Part shown: piece by piece, positions 8,984 to 16,735 of the stretch
Layout of the letters: each line of letters begins with the position of its first letter
How positions within the stretch are numbered: the stretch's first letter is position 1
Source: an uncultured Saprospiraceae bacterium
Lineage (GTDB): Bacteria > Bacteroidota > Bacteroidia > Chitinophagales > Saprospiraceae
DNA: 43,394 nt
Assembly (NCBI GenBank): GCA_964496055.1
Contig: CAZBYX010000002.1
Coordinates: forward strand, 1-43,394
Direction: 5' to 3'
Made by a program: the position numbers and the translations under genes
Notes under the pieces: model-generated
Database searches by the model: none
Told to the model about the DNA's origin: nothing
The model's input: the letters and a program-made list of their open reading frames with translations, nothing else

Positions 8984-10030
8984 GTGGGAATCAAGAGCCT
9001 CCATATCGACAACTTCAAATCCCTGGTGGATTTCCACCTCGAATTGCCCGGCAATTTCGTGGCCTTCGTGGGGCCCAATGCTGCAGGCAAGTCGAATATT
9101 TTCGAGGCGCTGGAATTCCTGACGCACGTTTTCCTTTTCGGGCTCGACACGGCAAGCAACAACTTCGGAACCGCCAAACGCTATTTGAATTTCAATTTGC
9201 AGGACAAGCTCCAAAGGGGGCTTTCCGGGGATTGCGAGGCTACCCTGAAGATAGAATCCCACCTTGGCGAGCTGGGAGGAGTGATTCGTTTTCTTCCCAC
9301 TGAGGACAATTTCCAACCCAGCACCTATGGTCGAAATTTTTTTTGGTCCTTGCCTGAAGAAGATACCCGGGACCGGATCGAAGAAATCCGGGCTGCAGAA
9401 ACCAGGTTCGCCAAATCCTTCACGCGGTTGTTCATCGGTCGGGAAGATCTGGTGAAATTCAAGGCCGACGGTTCGGAGCGCTTGCGCATCGACGGGGCGA
9501 ATTTGGAGGCGGTGTTGTGGCGGCTGTTGCAGCGGGAGGTGGTTCGGGAGGAGCTGATCGACTGGCTTCAAACCCTGGTGCCGGGCCTGGAAAAAGTGGA
9601 AGTGCGCCAAAGTGAACTGAGCGGGCAATACTATTTGCAGCTCTACGAGCACGGGCTTGCGCGGCCGCTCGACAAGCATCTCATTTCCGACGGCACCTAC
9701 AACCTGCTCTGTTTGTTGGCGGCGGTCTATCAGAGCGACGAACCGCAGTTTCTTTGCATCGAGGAGCCCGAAAACGGGCTCAATCCCTATGTCATCAAGA
9801 CGCTGACCGAGTTCTTTCGAAGCGTTTGCGAGGAAAAAGGCCATGTCATCTGGCTCAACACCCATTCCGCCACCCTGGTCAAGGCCCTGCAACCCCGCGA
9901 AATCGTGCTCGTGGACAAGGTGGAAGGAATCACCCGTGCCCAAACCCTCCCCTCCGACATTGACCTGCACGGTCTGGACCTGGATGAAGCCTGGCTCAGC
10001 AACGCCCTCGGAGGGGGGTTGCCATGGTGA
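8984..10030 (+). CDS. ABC/SMC-type (AAA_21/AAA_15-like) ATPase, first gene of a two-gene ATPase + Toprim-like module
   Basis: GTG start at 8984; the in-frame stop TAA at 8972..8974 precludes an upstream start. Walker A GPNAAGKS (aa 30-37, nt 9071..9094). Signature-like ISDGTYNLL (aa 234-242). Walker B FLCIEEPE (aa 256-263, nt 9749..9772) followed by NGLNP. H-loop LNTHS (aa 291-295). An insert of about 190 aa lies between Walker A and the signature. Confidence 0.85.
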   Translation: MGIKSLHIDNFKSLVDFHLELPGNFVAFVGPNAAGKSNIFEALEFLTHVFLFGLDTASNNFGTAKRYLNFNLQDKLQRGLSGDCEATLKIESHLGELGGVIRFLPTEDNFQPSTYGRNFFWSLPEEDTRDRIEEIRAAETRFAKSFTRLFIGREDLVKFKADGSERLRIDGANLEAVLWRLLQREVVREELIDWLQTLVPGLEKVEVRQSELSGQYYLQLYEHGLARPLDKHLISDGTYNLLCLLAAVYQSDEPQFLCIEEPENGLNPYVIKTLTEFFRSVCEEKGHVIWLNTHSATLVKALQPREIVLVDKVEGITRAQTLPSDIDLHGLDLDEAWLSNALGGGLPW

Positions 10031-10593
10031 AGTTGGGCTTCATCGGTGAAGGAGATAGTGAAAAGCGCTTTCTGGAATCCGAAGCCTTTCGAAACCTGCT
10101 GCGAGAGCTGAATCTGGATTTCGTGCCGGAGGTGATAAATGCTAAAGGCGGCGGCAATTTGATCCCCGACAAATTGCCCGCCCTGGTCGCGACGATGCAG
10201 GAGAAAGGAGCCACCCACCTTTTCGTCCTGACCGACCGGGAAGATGACCCTTGCATCACCGCCGTCCGGGAAAGGGTCGGCGCCCTCCCCGGAGTGGAGA
10301 TAGTCGTAGCGGTTCGCCAATTGGAGTCCTGGTACCTGGCCGACAGCGAAACTTGCTCCCAGCTCTTCAGAAGGTCGTTTTTTTGCGAGGCGCCGGAAGC
10401 ATGTGAGCGCCCCTTCGAATTCATTCGACGGGAAATGCTGTCAAGTACGGGGAGAGGTATAAGGAGCAAAGTACTTCTTTCGGGGAAAGTCCTTCGTCTT
10501 GGGTTTTCCCTCGAGCGGGCGGCGGCTCATCCCAATTGCCCCAGCGCTCGGCGGTTTCTCGAAAAACTTCAATCGCTTTCAAAACACCCTTGA
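10024..10593 (+). CDS. small Toprim-like acidic-motif protein (DUF4276-type), second gene of the module
   Basis: ATG at 10024 overlaps the ATPase stop (TGA 10028..10030) by 7 nt. 189 aa. Motifs GEGDSE (aa 8-13, nt 10045..10062), LTDREDD (aa 69-75), and ESWYLAD (aa 101-107) match the Glu ... DxD ... Glu series of Toprim/OLD-type nuclease domains. The family call is from memory of DUF4276 N-termini, not from a search. Confidence 0.7.
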   Translation: MVKLGFIGEGDSEKRFLESEAFRNLLRELNLDFVPEVINAKGGGNLIPDKLPALVATMQEKGATHLFVLTDREDDPCITAVRERVGALPGVEIVVAVRQLESWYLADSETCSQLFRRSFFCEAPEACERPFEFIRREMLSSTGRGIRSKVLLSGKVLRLGFSLERAAAHPNCPSARRFLEKLQSLSKHP

Positions 10594-10597
10594 ACCC

Positions 10598-12301
10598 ATG
10601 ACCCAACGTCAACTGATCGAATGCGTTCCGAACTTCAGCGAAGGGCGGGACCTGAACGTCATCCGCCAGATCACGGCCGAGATCGAGAGCGTCGAGGGCG
10701 TCAAGCTGCTGGACGTGGACCCCGGCAAGGCCACCAACCGCACGGTGGTCACCTTCGTGGGGGAGCCTGAGCCGGTGGTGCAGGCCGCCTTTTTGGCCAT
10801 CAAAAAAGCCGCCGAGCTCATCGACATGCGCAAGCACAAGGGCGAGCACCCGCGCATGGGCGCCACCGACGTCTGTCCGCTGGTGCCCATCGCCAACATC
10901 ACCATGGACGAGGTGGTGGAATGGGCGCACAAGCTGGGGCAGATGGCCGGCTCCGCCCTCGACATCCCCTTCTACATGTACGAATACGCCGCCACCCGGC
11001 CCGAGCGCCGCAACCTGGCCGACATCCGCGCCGGCGAGTACGAAGCCCTGCCCGAAAAACTCGCCAAGCCGGAATGGAAGCCCGACTACGGACCGGCGCG
11101 CTTCAACCCCAAAGCAGGCGCCACCGCCATCGGCGCCCGCGACTTCCTCATCGCTTACAACGTCAACCTGAACACCACCTCCGTGCGCCGCGCCAACTCG
11201 GTGGCTTTCGACGTGCGCGAAAAGGGCCGCGTCAAACGCAAGGGGCACCCCATCACCGGGGAAATCGTGCGCGACGAAAAGGGCGAACCCGTGCGCATTC
11301 CCGGCGCCTGCAAGGCCGTCAAGGCCATCGGGTGGTACATCGAGGAATACGGCATCGCCCAGATCTCCATGAACCTGACGAACATCAACGTCACCCCCCT
11401 GCACGTGGCTTTCGAAGCCTGCTGCAAGAGCGCCGACCGGCGGGGGTTGCGGGTTACGGGTTCGGAGTTGGTGGGGCTGGTGCCCCTGAAGGTCATGCTC
11501 GATGCCGGGAAGTACTTCCTGCGCAAGCAGCGCCGCTCGCTTGGCGTCTCCGAGGAAGAGCTCATCAAAATCGCCGTCAAGTCCCTGGGCCTGGACGAGC
11601 TCACCCCCTTCGACCCCCAAAAGAAAATCATCGAGTACCGCCTGCGCGAGGACGAACCCACCCCCCTGCTCGACATGAACCTGCGCGCCTTCAGCAACGA
11701 GACAGCCTCGGAAAGCCCTGCCCCCGGCGGGGGGAGCATCTCCGCCTACGTCGGTGCCCTGGGCGCATCGCTCGGCACCATGGTGGCCAACCTCTCGGCG
11801 CATCGCCGCGTCTGGGACGACCGCTGGGAGGAGTTCTCCGTCTGGGCGGAAAAAGGCCAAGCCGTCAAGGACGCCCTGCTGGCGCTGGTCGATGAAGACA
11901 CCCGCGCCTTCAACGGCATCCTCGAAGCGGTGCGCATGCCCAAAAGCACCCCCGAAGAACAGGCTGCCCGCGCCGAAGCCCTGCAGCGCGCCACCAGGCA
12001 CGCCATCGAGGTGCCCTTTCAGGTCATGAAGCAGGCCCTGGCTGCTTTCGAGGTGCTGGAAGCCATGGCGCAGAACGGCAACCCCAATTCGGTATCCGAC
12101 GCCGGGGTGGGCGCCCTCTGCGCACGCGCCGCGGTTCACGGGGCCTTCCTCAACGTCAAAATCAACAGCGGCGACCTGGACGACCGCAGTTACGTGGAGC
12201 AGGTCCTTTCCGAAGGCGAACGCATGGTCGCCGAGGCCGATGCAGCCGAAGCCCGGGTGCTGGAAATCGTGCGCGCCAAAATGGAAAAAGCCGAAGCCTG
12301 A
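10598..12301 (+). CDS. ftcD: bifunctional glutamate formimidoyltransferase / formimidoyltetrahydrofolate cyclodeaminase
   Basis: ATG at 10598 gives MTQRQLIECVPNFSEGRD (the formiminotransferase N-terminus). The C-terminal cyclodeaminase domain has SESPAPGGGSISAYVGALGASLGTMVANLS. The start is only 4 nt after the preceding stop. Confidence 0.9.
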   Translation: MTQRQLIECVPNFSEGRDLNVIRQITAEIESVEGVKLLDVDPGKATNRTVVTFVGEPEPVVQAAFLAIKKAAELIDMRKHKGEHPRMGATDVCPLVPIANITMDEVVEWAHKLGQMAGSALDIPFYMYEYAATRPERRNLADIRAGEYEALPEKLAKPEWKPDYGPARFNPKAGATAIGARDFLIAYNVNLNTTSVRRANSVAFDVREKGRVKRKGHPITGEIVRDEKGEPVRIPGACKAVKAIGWYIEEYGIAQISMNLTNINVTPLHVAFEACCKSADRRGLRVTGSELVGLVPLKVMLDAGKYFLRKQRRSLGVSEEELIKIAVKSLGLDELTPFDPQKKIIEYRLREDEPTPLLDMNLRAFSNETASESPAPGGGSISAYVGALGASLGTMVANLSAHRRVWDDRWEEFSVWAEKGQAVKDALLALVDEDTRAFNGILEAVRMPKSTPEEQAARAEALQRATRHAIEVPFQVMKQALAAFEVLEAMAQNGNPNSVSDAGVGALCARAAVHGAFLNVKINSGDLDDRSYVEQVLSEGERMVAEADAAEARVLEIVRAKMEKAEA

Positions 12302-12325
12302 GAACCTTTTCCGGGGGCGGGGCCT

Positions 12326-12333
12326 TAGCTTTG
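12326..12333 (+). promoter_or_regulatory. -7 promoter box TAGCTTTG upstream of the 12352 CDS
   Basis: Perfect TAnnTTTG. It contains the TTG (12331) that the ORF track uses as a start. The ATG at 12352 lies 19 nt downstream. Confidence 0.4.
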
Positions 12334-12351
12334 AAACAAAATCTGCCCCCT

Positions 12352-12957
12352 ATGCCCGCCGACAAACTGTGGAATTACCTGCGGCGCCTGTTTCAGTCCG
12401 CCGAAACGAGCAGCCCCGCCCGCCCCTTCCTCCACGAAGTGCTCCGGCGCGATGCCGACCAGCGCGCCGACTTCGAAAAGTGGCAGGACAGCCTCATGCG
12501 CCGCCGCATGACCGATTGGCTGGCCGACCAGTACGCCGTCTGGCTCACCGACCCCGATCGCCTCGACGAAGCCATCGATTTCCTCGACACCCCCTCCTCC
12601 AAAGGATTCGTCATCCACTTCCACAAAACCCGCTACAACCGGCGCGAAGTGACCCATCTGTTCGAGTACCTGCACCACAAGGTGCACGCCCTCGATTACC
12701 GCCGCCAGCACGCCGACGTGCGCACCTACCAACGCGAAGGATGGGTCGAAACCGTGGAACGCTACCACCTCAAGCCCCGCGTCCGGGCCGGGGGCGGCGA
12801 CAAACTCAACCAGCGATTCGGGAACATCACCATCGAACTGACCCTGCGCAACGACCAGGTCTTCAACCTCAAATTCCGCGCGAACACCTATTCCGACCGC
12901 GCCTTCCAGGAGGCCGACAGCTTCGGAGCGCTCATGCAGGAGCTTTTGAAAAATTGA
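12352..12957 (+). CDS. hypothetical protein (201 aa)
   Basis: Open frame 12331..12957. I prefer the ATG at 12352 (MPADKLWNYLRRLF...) because the TTG at 12331 sits inside a promoter-like box. Soluble and Arg/Asp-rich. No family recognised. Confidence 0.6.
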   Translation: MPADKLWNYLRRLFQSAETSSPARPFLHEVLRRDADQRADFEKWQDSLMRRRMTDWLADQYAVWLTDPDRLDEAIDFLDTPSSKGFVIHFHKTRYNRREVTHLFEYLHHKVHALDYRRQHADVRTYQREGWVETVERYHLKPRVRAGGGDKLNQRFGNITIELTLRNDQVFNLKFRANTYSDRAFQEADSFGALMQELLKN

Positions 12958-13002
12958 ACGCGGAAGAAGAGTGCTCTTGAGCAGGGGAGTTCACTTCGGG
13001 TG

Positions 13003-13034
13003 AAATCGTAAAATCGTAAAATTGTAAAATCGAT
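13003..13034 (+). repeat. 8-nt tandem repeat AAATCGTA x4
   Basis: AAATCGTA AAATCGTA AAATTGTA AAATCGAT read directly; three substituted positions in total across the last two copies. Confidence 0.9.
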
Positions 13035-13036
13035 GT

Positions 13037-13062
13037 GGGGTTGGGGGTTGGGGGTTGGGGGG
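13037..13062 (+). repeat. G-quadruplex-type tract (GGGGTT)n-like
   Basis: GGGG TT GGGGG TT GGGGG TT GGGGGG: four G-runs of at least 4 with 2-nt loops, the canonical intramolecular G4 pattern. Confidence 0.85.
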
Positions 13063-13080
13063 TTCGATGTTGGAGTGTGG

Positions 13081-13178
13081 GGATTGAGGATTTGAGGAAG
13101 CCGCCCGGGAAAGCCGTCGTTTAGAGGATTCGTGGATTCGAGGATTTGAAGAGGGGGAGGGGGTTTGGGGATTTGAAC
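13081..13178 (+). repeat. degenerate GGATTYGWRG repeats (6 copies, three of them in 8-nt tandem)
   Basis: GGATTGAGG (13081), GGATTTGAGG (13088), GGATTCGTGG (13126), GGATTCGAGG (13134), GGATTTGAAG (13142), GGATTTGAAC (13169). Confidence 0.75.
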
Positions 13179-13218
13179 CGCGGTGCTGCGCAGTCCAATT
13201 ATTTCCATGTGTCTCCAA

Positions 13219-13266
13219 ATATTTCCAAGTATTTCATTCGATATATTTCCACGTATTTCATCCGAT
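13219..13266 (+). repeat. 24-nt tandem duplication immediately upstream of rlmB
   Basis: ATATTTCCAAGTATTTCATTCGAT (13219..13242) and ATATTTCCACGTATTTCATCCGAT (13243..13266) are head-to-tail with 2 mismatches. The second copy ends 5 nt before the rlmB ATG. Confidence 0.9.
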
Positions 13267-13271
13267 TTTTC

Positions 13272-14024
13272 ATGCCCACACCCCCTTCCGACAGCATCAT
13301 CTACGGGCGCCACCCCGTGTTAGAGGCCCTCGAGCAGGGCCTGCCTTTCCAGAAGATCATCCTTCAGCAGGGGCTGCGGGGTGAATTCGAGAAGGAGCTC
13401 CGTCGGCGCTGCAAAGCGGCCAACATCCCCCTCCAATACGCTCCGAAGGAGCGCCTGGCTCGTTGGGTTCGGGGCAATCATCAGGGGGTGGTGGGGCTGC
13501 TTTCGCCCCTGCCCTTTGCCCGCCTGGAGGAGCAGCTTCCCTTCATTTTCGAAAAAGGCGAAGCCCCGCTCCTGCTCTTGCTCGACGGGGTGACGGACGT
13601 GCGCAACTTCGGCGCCATCGCCCGGACGGCGGAGGTCTTCGGGGTGCACGCGCTGGTGCTTCCCAGCAAGGGCAGTGTCAGCCTCAGCGAGGACGCCGTG
13701 AAAACCTCCGCCGGGGCCCTCACCCGCCTGCCCGTCTGTCGGGAGAGCAGCCTGCAGCAGGCCATCGACCTGTTGCGCCTTTCGGGGGTGCGCATCCTGG
13801 CTTCTTCCCTGCAGGCGGAAAAGCCCCTCCACGAAGTGGACTTCAAACTTCCCAGTGCCATCCTCATCGGTTCGGAAGACCGGGGCGTCCGCCCGGCCCT
13901 GCTGGCTCTGGCCGATGAGCGTTTCATCATTCCGCAAGTGGGGAAAACCGACTCGCTCAACGTCAGTGTCGCCACGGGCATCATGCTCTACGAGGCATTG
14001 CGTCAGCGACGGATGCAGGGCTGA
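13272..14024 (+). CDS. rlmB: TrmH/SpoU-family 23S rRNA (guanosine-2'-O)-methyltransferase
   Basis: ATG at 13272 gives MPTPPSDSIIYGRHPVLEALE (SpoU substrate-binding N-domain). SpoU motifs LLLDGVTDVRNFGAIARTA, LIGSEDRGV, IPQVGKTDSLNVSVATGIMLYE. The 13146 start would translate the AT-rich repeat region. Confidence 0.9.
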   Translation: MPTPPSDSIIYGRHPVLEALEQGLPFQKIILQQGLRGEFEKELRRRCKAANIPLQYAPKERLARWVRGNHQGVVGLLSPLPFARLEEQLPFIFEKGEAPLLLLLDGVTDVRNFGAIARTAEVFGVHALVLPSKGSVSLSEDAVKTSAGALTRLPVCRESSLQQAIDLLRLSGVRILASSLQAEKPLHEVDFKLPSAILIGSEDRGVRPALLALADERFIIPQVGKTDSLNVSVATGIMLYEALRQRRMQG

Positions 14025-14035
14025 GCAGGCAGGAT

Positions 14036-15106
14036 TCAGGCTTCTTCGAGGGCCTTGAGCTTTTCGGTGTTCTCGGCCAGTTGCAAGGCTTCGATGATTT
14101 CGTCGAGCTGGCCTTCGAGCACCCGGTCCAGGTTGTAGAGGGTGAGGTTGATGCGGTGGTCGGTGACGCGGTTCTGGGGGAAGTTGTAGGTGCGGATTTT
14201 GTCGGAGCGGTCGCCAGAGCCGACGAGGGATTTGCGCCGGGCTGCCATTTCGGATTCGTGTTGGCGGCGCTGCATTTCGTAAATCTTCTGGTAGAGCCGC
14301 TGCAGGGCGATTTCGCGGTTGCGGATTTGGGAGCGCCCGTCGGTGCTTTCGGCGACGATGCCCGTGGGGAGGTGGGTGAAACGCACCCCCGATTCCGTTT
14401 TGTTGACGTGCTGCCCGCCGGCACCGCTGGAGCGGAAGGTGTCCACCTTCAGGTCGGCTTTGTTGATGTTGACGTCCTCCATTTCGAGCTTGGGCATGAC
14501 GGCTACCGTAGCGGCGGAAGTGTGGATGCGTCCCTGCGACTCGGTCTTGGGCACGCGCTGCACCCGGTGTGCCCCCGATTCGAACTTGAGCTTGCCGTAA
14601 ACGTCCTCGCCGCGCACCTCCATCACCACCTTGTTGAAGCCCCCGACGGTGCCCTCGTTGCTGTCGAGGATTTCCACCTCCCAGCCCTGGGCTTCGAAGT
14701 ACCTGGTGTACATGCGGAACAGATCGCCGGCAAAGAGGCTGGCCTCGTCGCCGCCCGTGCCCGCTCGGATTTCGAAGATGACGTCGCGCTCGTCTTCGGG
14801 GTCTTTGGGCACCAGCAGCATTTTCAGGCGGGTTTCGAGTTCTTCCCGGCGGGGCTCCAGCTCCTCCAATTCCTGCTGAGCCATCTGACGCATTTCGGGG
14901 TCGTCCTCCTTCAGCATTTCGTGGGCCGTTTCCAGGTTGCCCAGCAGTTCGTGGTAGTTGTCGTACACCTCGACGATTTCCTTCAACTGCTTGTATTCGC
15001 GGCTGAGCTTGCGGTAGCGTTCCTGGTCGGACAACACCGCCGGGTCGGAGAGTTGAAGCTCCAGGTCGCGAAATCGATTTTTTATACCCTCGAGTTTGTC
15101 GAGCAT
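14036..15106 (-). CDS. prfA: peptide chain release factor 1
   Basis: 356 aa. GGQ motif SSGAGGQHVNKTES. Tripeptide-anticodon region RVPKTESQGRIHTS is RF1 PxT type rather than RF2 SPF type. Confidence 0.95.
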   Translation of the reverse strand: MLDKLEGIKNRFRDLELQLSDPAVLSDQERYRKLSREYKQLKEIVEVYDNYHELLGNLETAHEMLKEDDPEMRQMAQQELEELEPRREELETRLKMLLVPKDPEDERDVIFEIRAGTGGDEASLFAGDLFRMYTRYFEAQGWEVEILDSNEGTVGGFNKVVMEVRGEDVYGKLKFESGAHRVQRVPKTESQGRIHTSAATVAVMPKLEMEDVNINKADLKVDTFRSSGAGGQHVNKTESGVRFTHLPTGIVAESTDGRSQIRNREIALQRLYQKIYEMQRRQHESEMAARRKSLVGSGDRSDKIRTYNFPQNRVTDHRINLTLYNLDRVLEGQLDEIIEALQLAENTEKLKALEEA

Positions 15107-15231
15107 GATGGTCGTGCGTTTTTTTTGCGGCCACCCCTGAAGGGGGAGCGGTGGGGCGGGGATGGGTTGGAGTTGGGGGGCAAGCCGTCCGGACTCTCCC
15201 TTTCCGCCCGTGCCAGCATTCGTTGGGGCTG

Positions 15232-15239
15232 CAAAGATA
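15232..15239 (-). promoter_or_regulatory. -7 promoter box TATCTTTG, candidate prfA promoter
   Basis: The plus strand reads CAAAGATA, which is TATCTTTG on the minus strand, 126 nt upstream of the prfA ATG (15106). This implies a long C-rich leader. Confidence 0.35.
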
Positions 15240-15259
15240 CGGCGGGGGCGGGGAAGGTG

Positions 15260-16735
15260 TCAGCGGGAGCTGTTGAGCAGGAGTTGGCGGTAGAACCGAA
15301 TCATTTGGAGGTAATTGTCTTCGGCGATGCGCTCGTCGATGCCGTGGAAGCGGGGGGTGTCTTCGCGGGTGAGGAGGAGGGGTTGGAAGCGGAGGATGTT
15401 ATCGGTCAGGGGGGCGAAGTGGCGGCTGTCGGTGGTGGCGACCAGCAGCCAGGGCAGGACCACCGTTTCGGGGAAGACCTCCCGGATGCTGCGTTCGAGG
15501 GTCTGATAACCGAAGGACTCTATCTCGGCCAGGGGGGGCGGGTCGGCGCTGTGGAGGGAGTCGCTCAGGCTGATGCGGAGGCGGGGGTCATCGGCTATGC
15601 GGCGCACCCTTTCCACGGCGGAGGCTGTCGTTTCGCCGGGAAGCAAGCGCAGGTTGACGCTGGCGGTGGCGCGCGTAGGCAGCACGTTGTCCTTGAATCC
15701 GGCTTGCATTCGGGTGGGGGCGGCGGTGGTGCGAATCATGGCTGCGGTGGCGGGGGTCTGGTCCAATTGCCGCAAGAGGAGCCCTTCCGTGCACCAGAGA
15801 TTGGCCATCAGGAGATTGTATGGGAAGCGCATTTCCGGGGCTGCATAGGCGAACATCCGGCGGATGGGTGGGGGGAGCCGGGCGGGGAAGGGTTGGCTTT
15901 GCAGCTCGACCAACACCCGGCTCAGGAGGCTGAGAGCCGTTTCCCGGGGCGGCATGGAGGAGTGCCCGCCGGCCTCGAATTCCACGCTGAGGTCGAGGGT
16001 GAGGTAGCCTTTTTCCCCGATGCCGATGAGGGCGGCGGGCTGGCTCAGACCGGGCAGCGCTTCCTGCATGATGAGGCCGCCCTCGTCCAAGACGAATTCG
16101 AAGCGCAGGCCCCGTTCGCCGAGGCGCCGGGCGATGGCGGCCGCTCCGTTGTAGCCGCCAACTTCCTCGTCGTGCCCGAAAGCGAAATACAGGGTTCGGG
16201 CGGGCGTGAACTCCACTTCCAGCAGCATTTCGATGGCTTCGAGCAGGGCCATCAGGCTGCCCTTGTCGTCGAGGGTGCCGCGCCCATAGAGGTAGCCGTC
16301 GCGGCGCAAGCCCCCGAAGGGCGGGTGGGTCCAGGCGGCACGACTGTTTTCTTCCACGGGCACGACATCGGCATGGGCCATGAACAGGGCGGGGGGGAGG
16401 TGAGGGTTTTTGCCTCGCCAGATGAACAGCCTGGAAAAGCGGTTGACCCTTTCGAGCTCGAGCAGGGAGTCCACCAGGGGGAAGGCGCCATGCAGCAGGC
16501 TGTCCAACCCCTGGAAGGCGGCGGTGTCCACCCGGTCGGGAAGCGAAACGGTGGGAAAGCGGATGGCTTGCGCCAGGCGGTCCAGGGCCTTGCCGTCCAC
16601 CGCTACGGGCTCGACGGGCGTGACCACCAACTGGCGGGAGCTCAGGGTCAGCGTGTTCCAGGCCAAAACCGCCAGGAAAACCAGCAAACCCATCCCCAGA
16701 ATCCGACGGATTTTAATCTTTCGCTTGCGTGGCAT
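15260..16735 (-). CDS. M20-family metallopeptidase (carboxypeptidase S / PM20D1-like), membrane-anchored
   Basis: ATG at 16735 gives MPRKRKIKIRRILGMGLLVFLAVLAWNTL, a basic N-terminus plus an anchor helix. M20 metal-site motifs HADVVP, GRGTLDDKG, GHDEEVGG. The alternative GTG start at 16789 adds 18 aa. Confidence 0.85.
   Translation of the reverse strand: MPRKRKIKIRRILGMGLLVFLAVLAWNTLTLSSRQLVVTPVEPVAVDGKALDRLAQAIRFPTVSLPDRVDTAAFQGLDSLLHGAFPLVDSLLELERVNRFSRLFIWRGKNPHLPPALFMAHADVVPVEENSRAAWTHPPFGGLRRDGYLYGRGTLDDKGSLMALLEAIEMLLEVEFTPARTLYFAFGHDEEVGGYNGAAAIARRLGERGLRFEFVLDEGGLIMQEALPGLSQPAALIGIGEKGYLTLDLSVEFEAGGHSSMPPRETALSLLSRVLVELQSQPFPARLPPPIRRMFAYAAPEMRFPYNLLMANLWCTEGLLLRQLDQTPATAAMIRTTAAPTRMQAGFKDNVLPTRATASVNLRLLPGETTASAVERVRRIADDPRLRISLSDSLHSADPPPLAEIESFGYQTLERSIREVFPETVVLPWLLVATTDSRHFAPLTDNILRFQPLLLTREDTPRFHGIDERIAEDNYLQMIRFYRQLLLNSSR

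Noticed and set aside
8893-10600. A mobile-element origin for the ATPase/Toprim-like pair (integrase, transposase, flanking direct or inverted repeats, tRNA attachment site).
   Set aside because: No recombinase ORF and no flanking repeats are visible, and the nearest tRNA is 26 kb away. Only patchy lower GC supports foreign origin, so no mobile element is called.
12331-12351. TTG at 12331 as the start codon of the hypothetical CDS.
   Set aside because: The TTG is the last part of a perfect TAGCTTTG -7 box (12326..12333), so it would not be in the transcript if the box is functional. The ATG at 12352 is preferred.
13037-13062. Telomere-like (TTGGGG)n repeat as evidence of a linear replicon end or eukaryotic contamination.
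   Set aside because: The tract is 26 nt, internal, and flanked on both sides by ordinary bacterial genes in the same contig. It is better interpreted as a G4-prone microsatellite.
13219-13266. CRISPR-like direct repeats.
   Set aside because: There are only two 24-nt copies and they are directly adjacent with no spacers. No cas genes are in the window. This is a tandem duplication, not an array.
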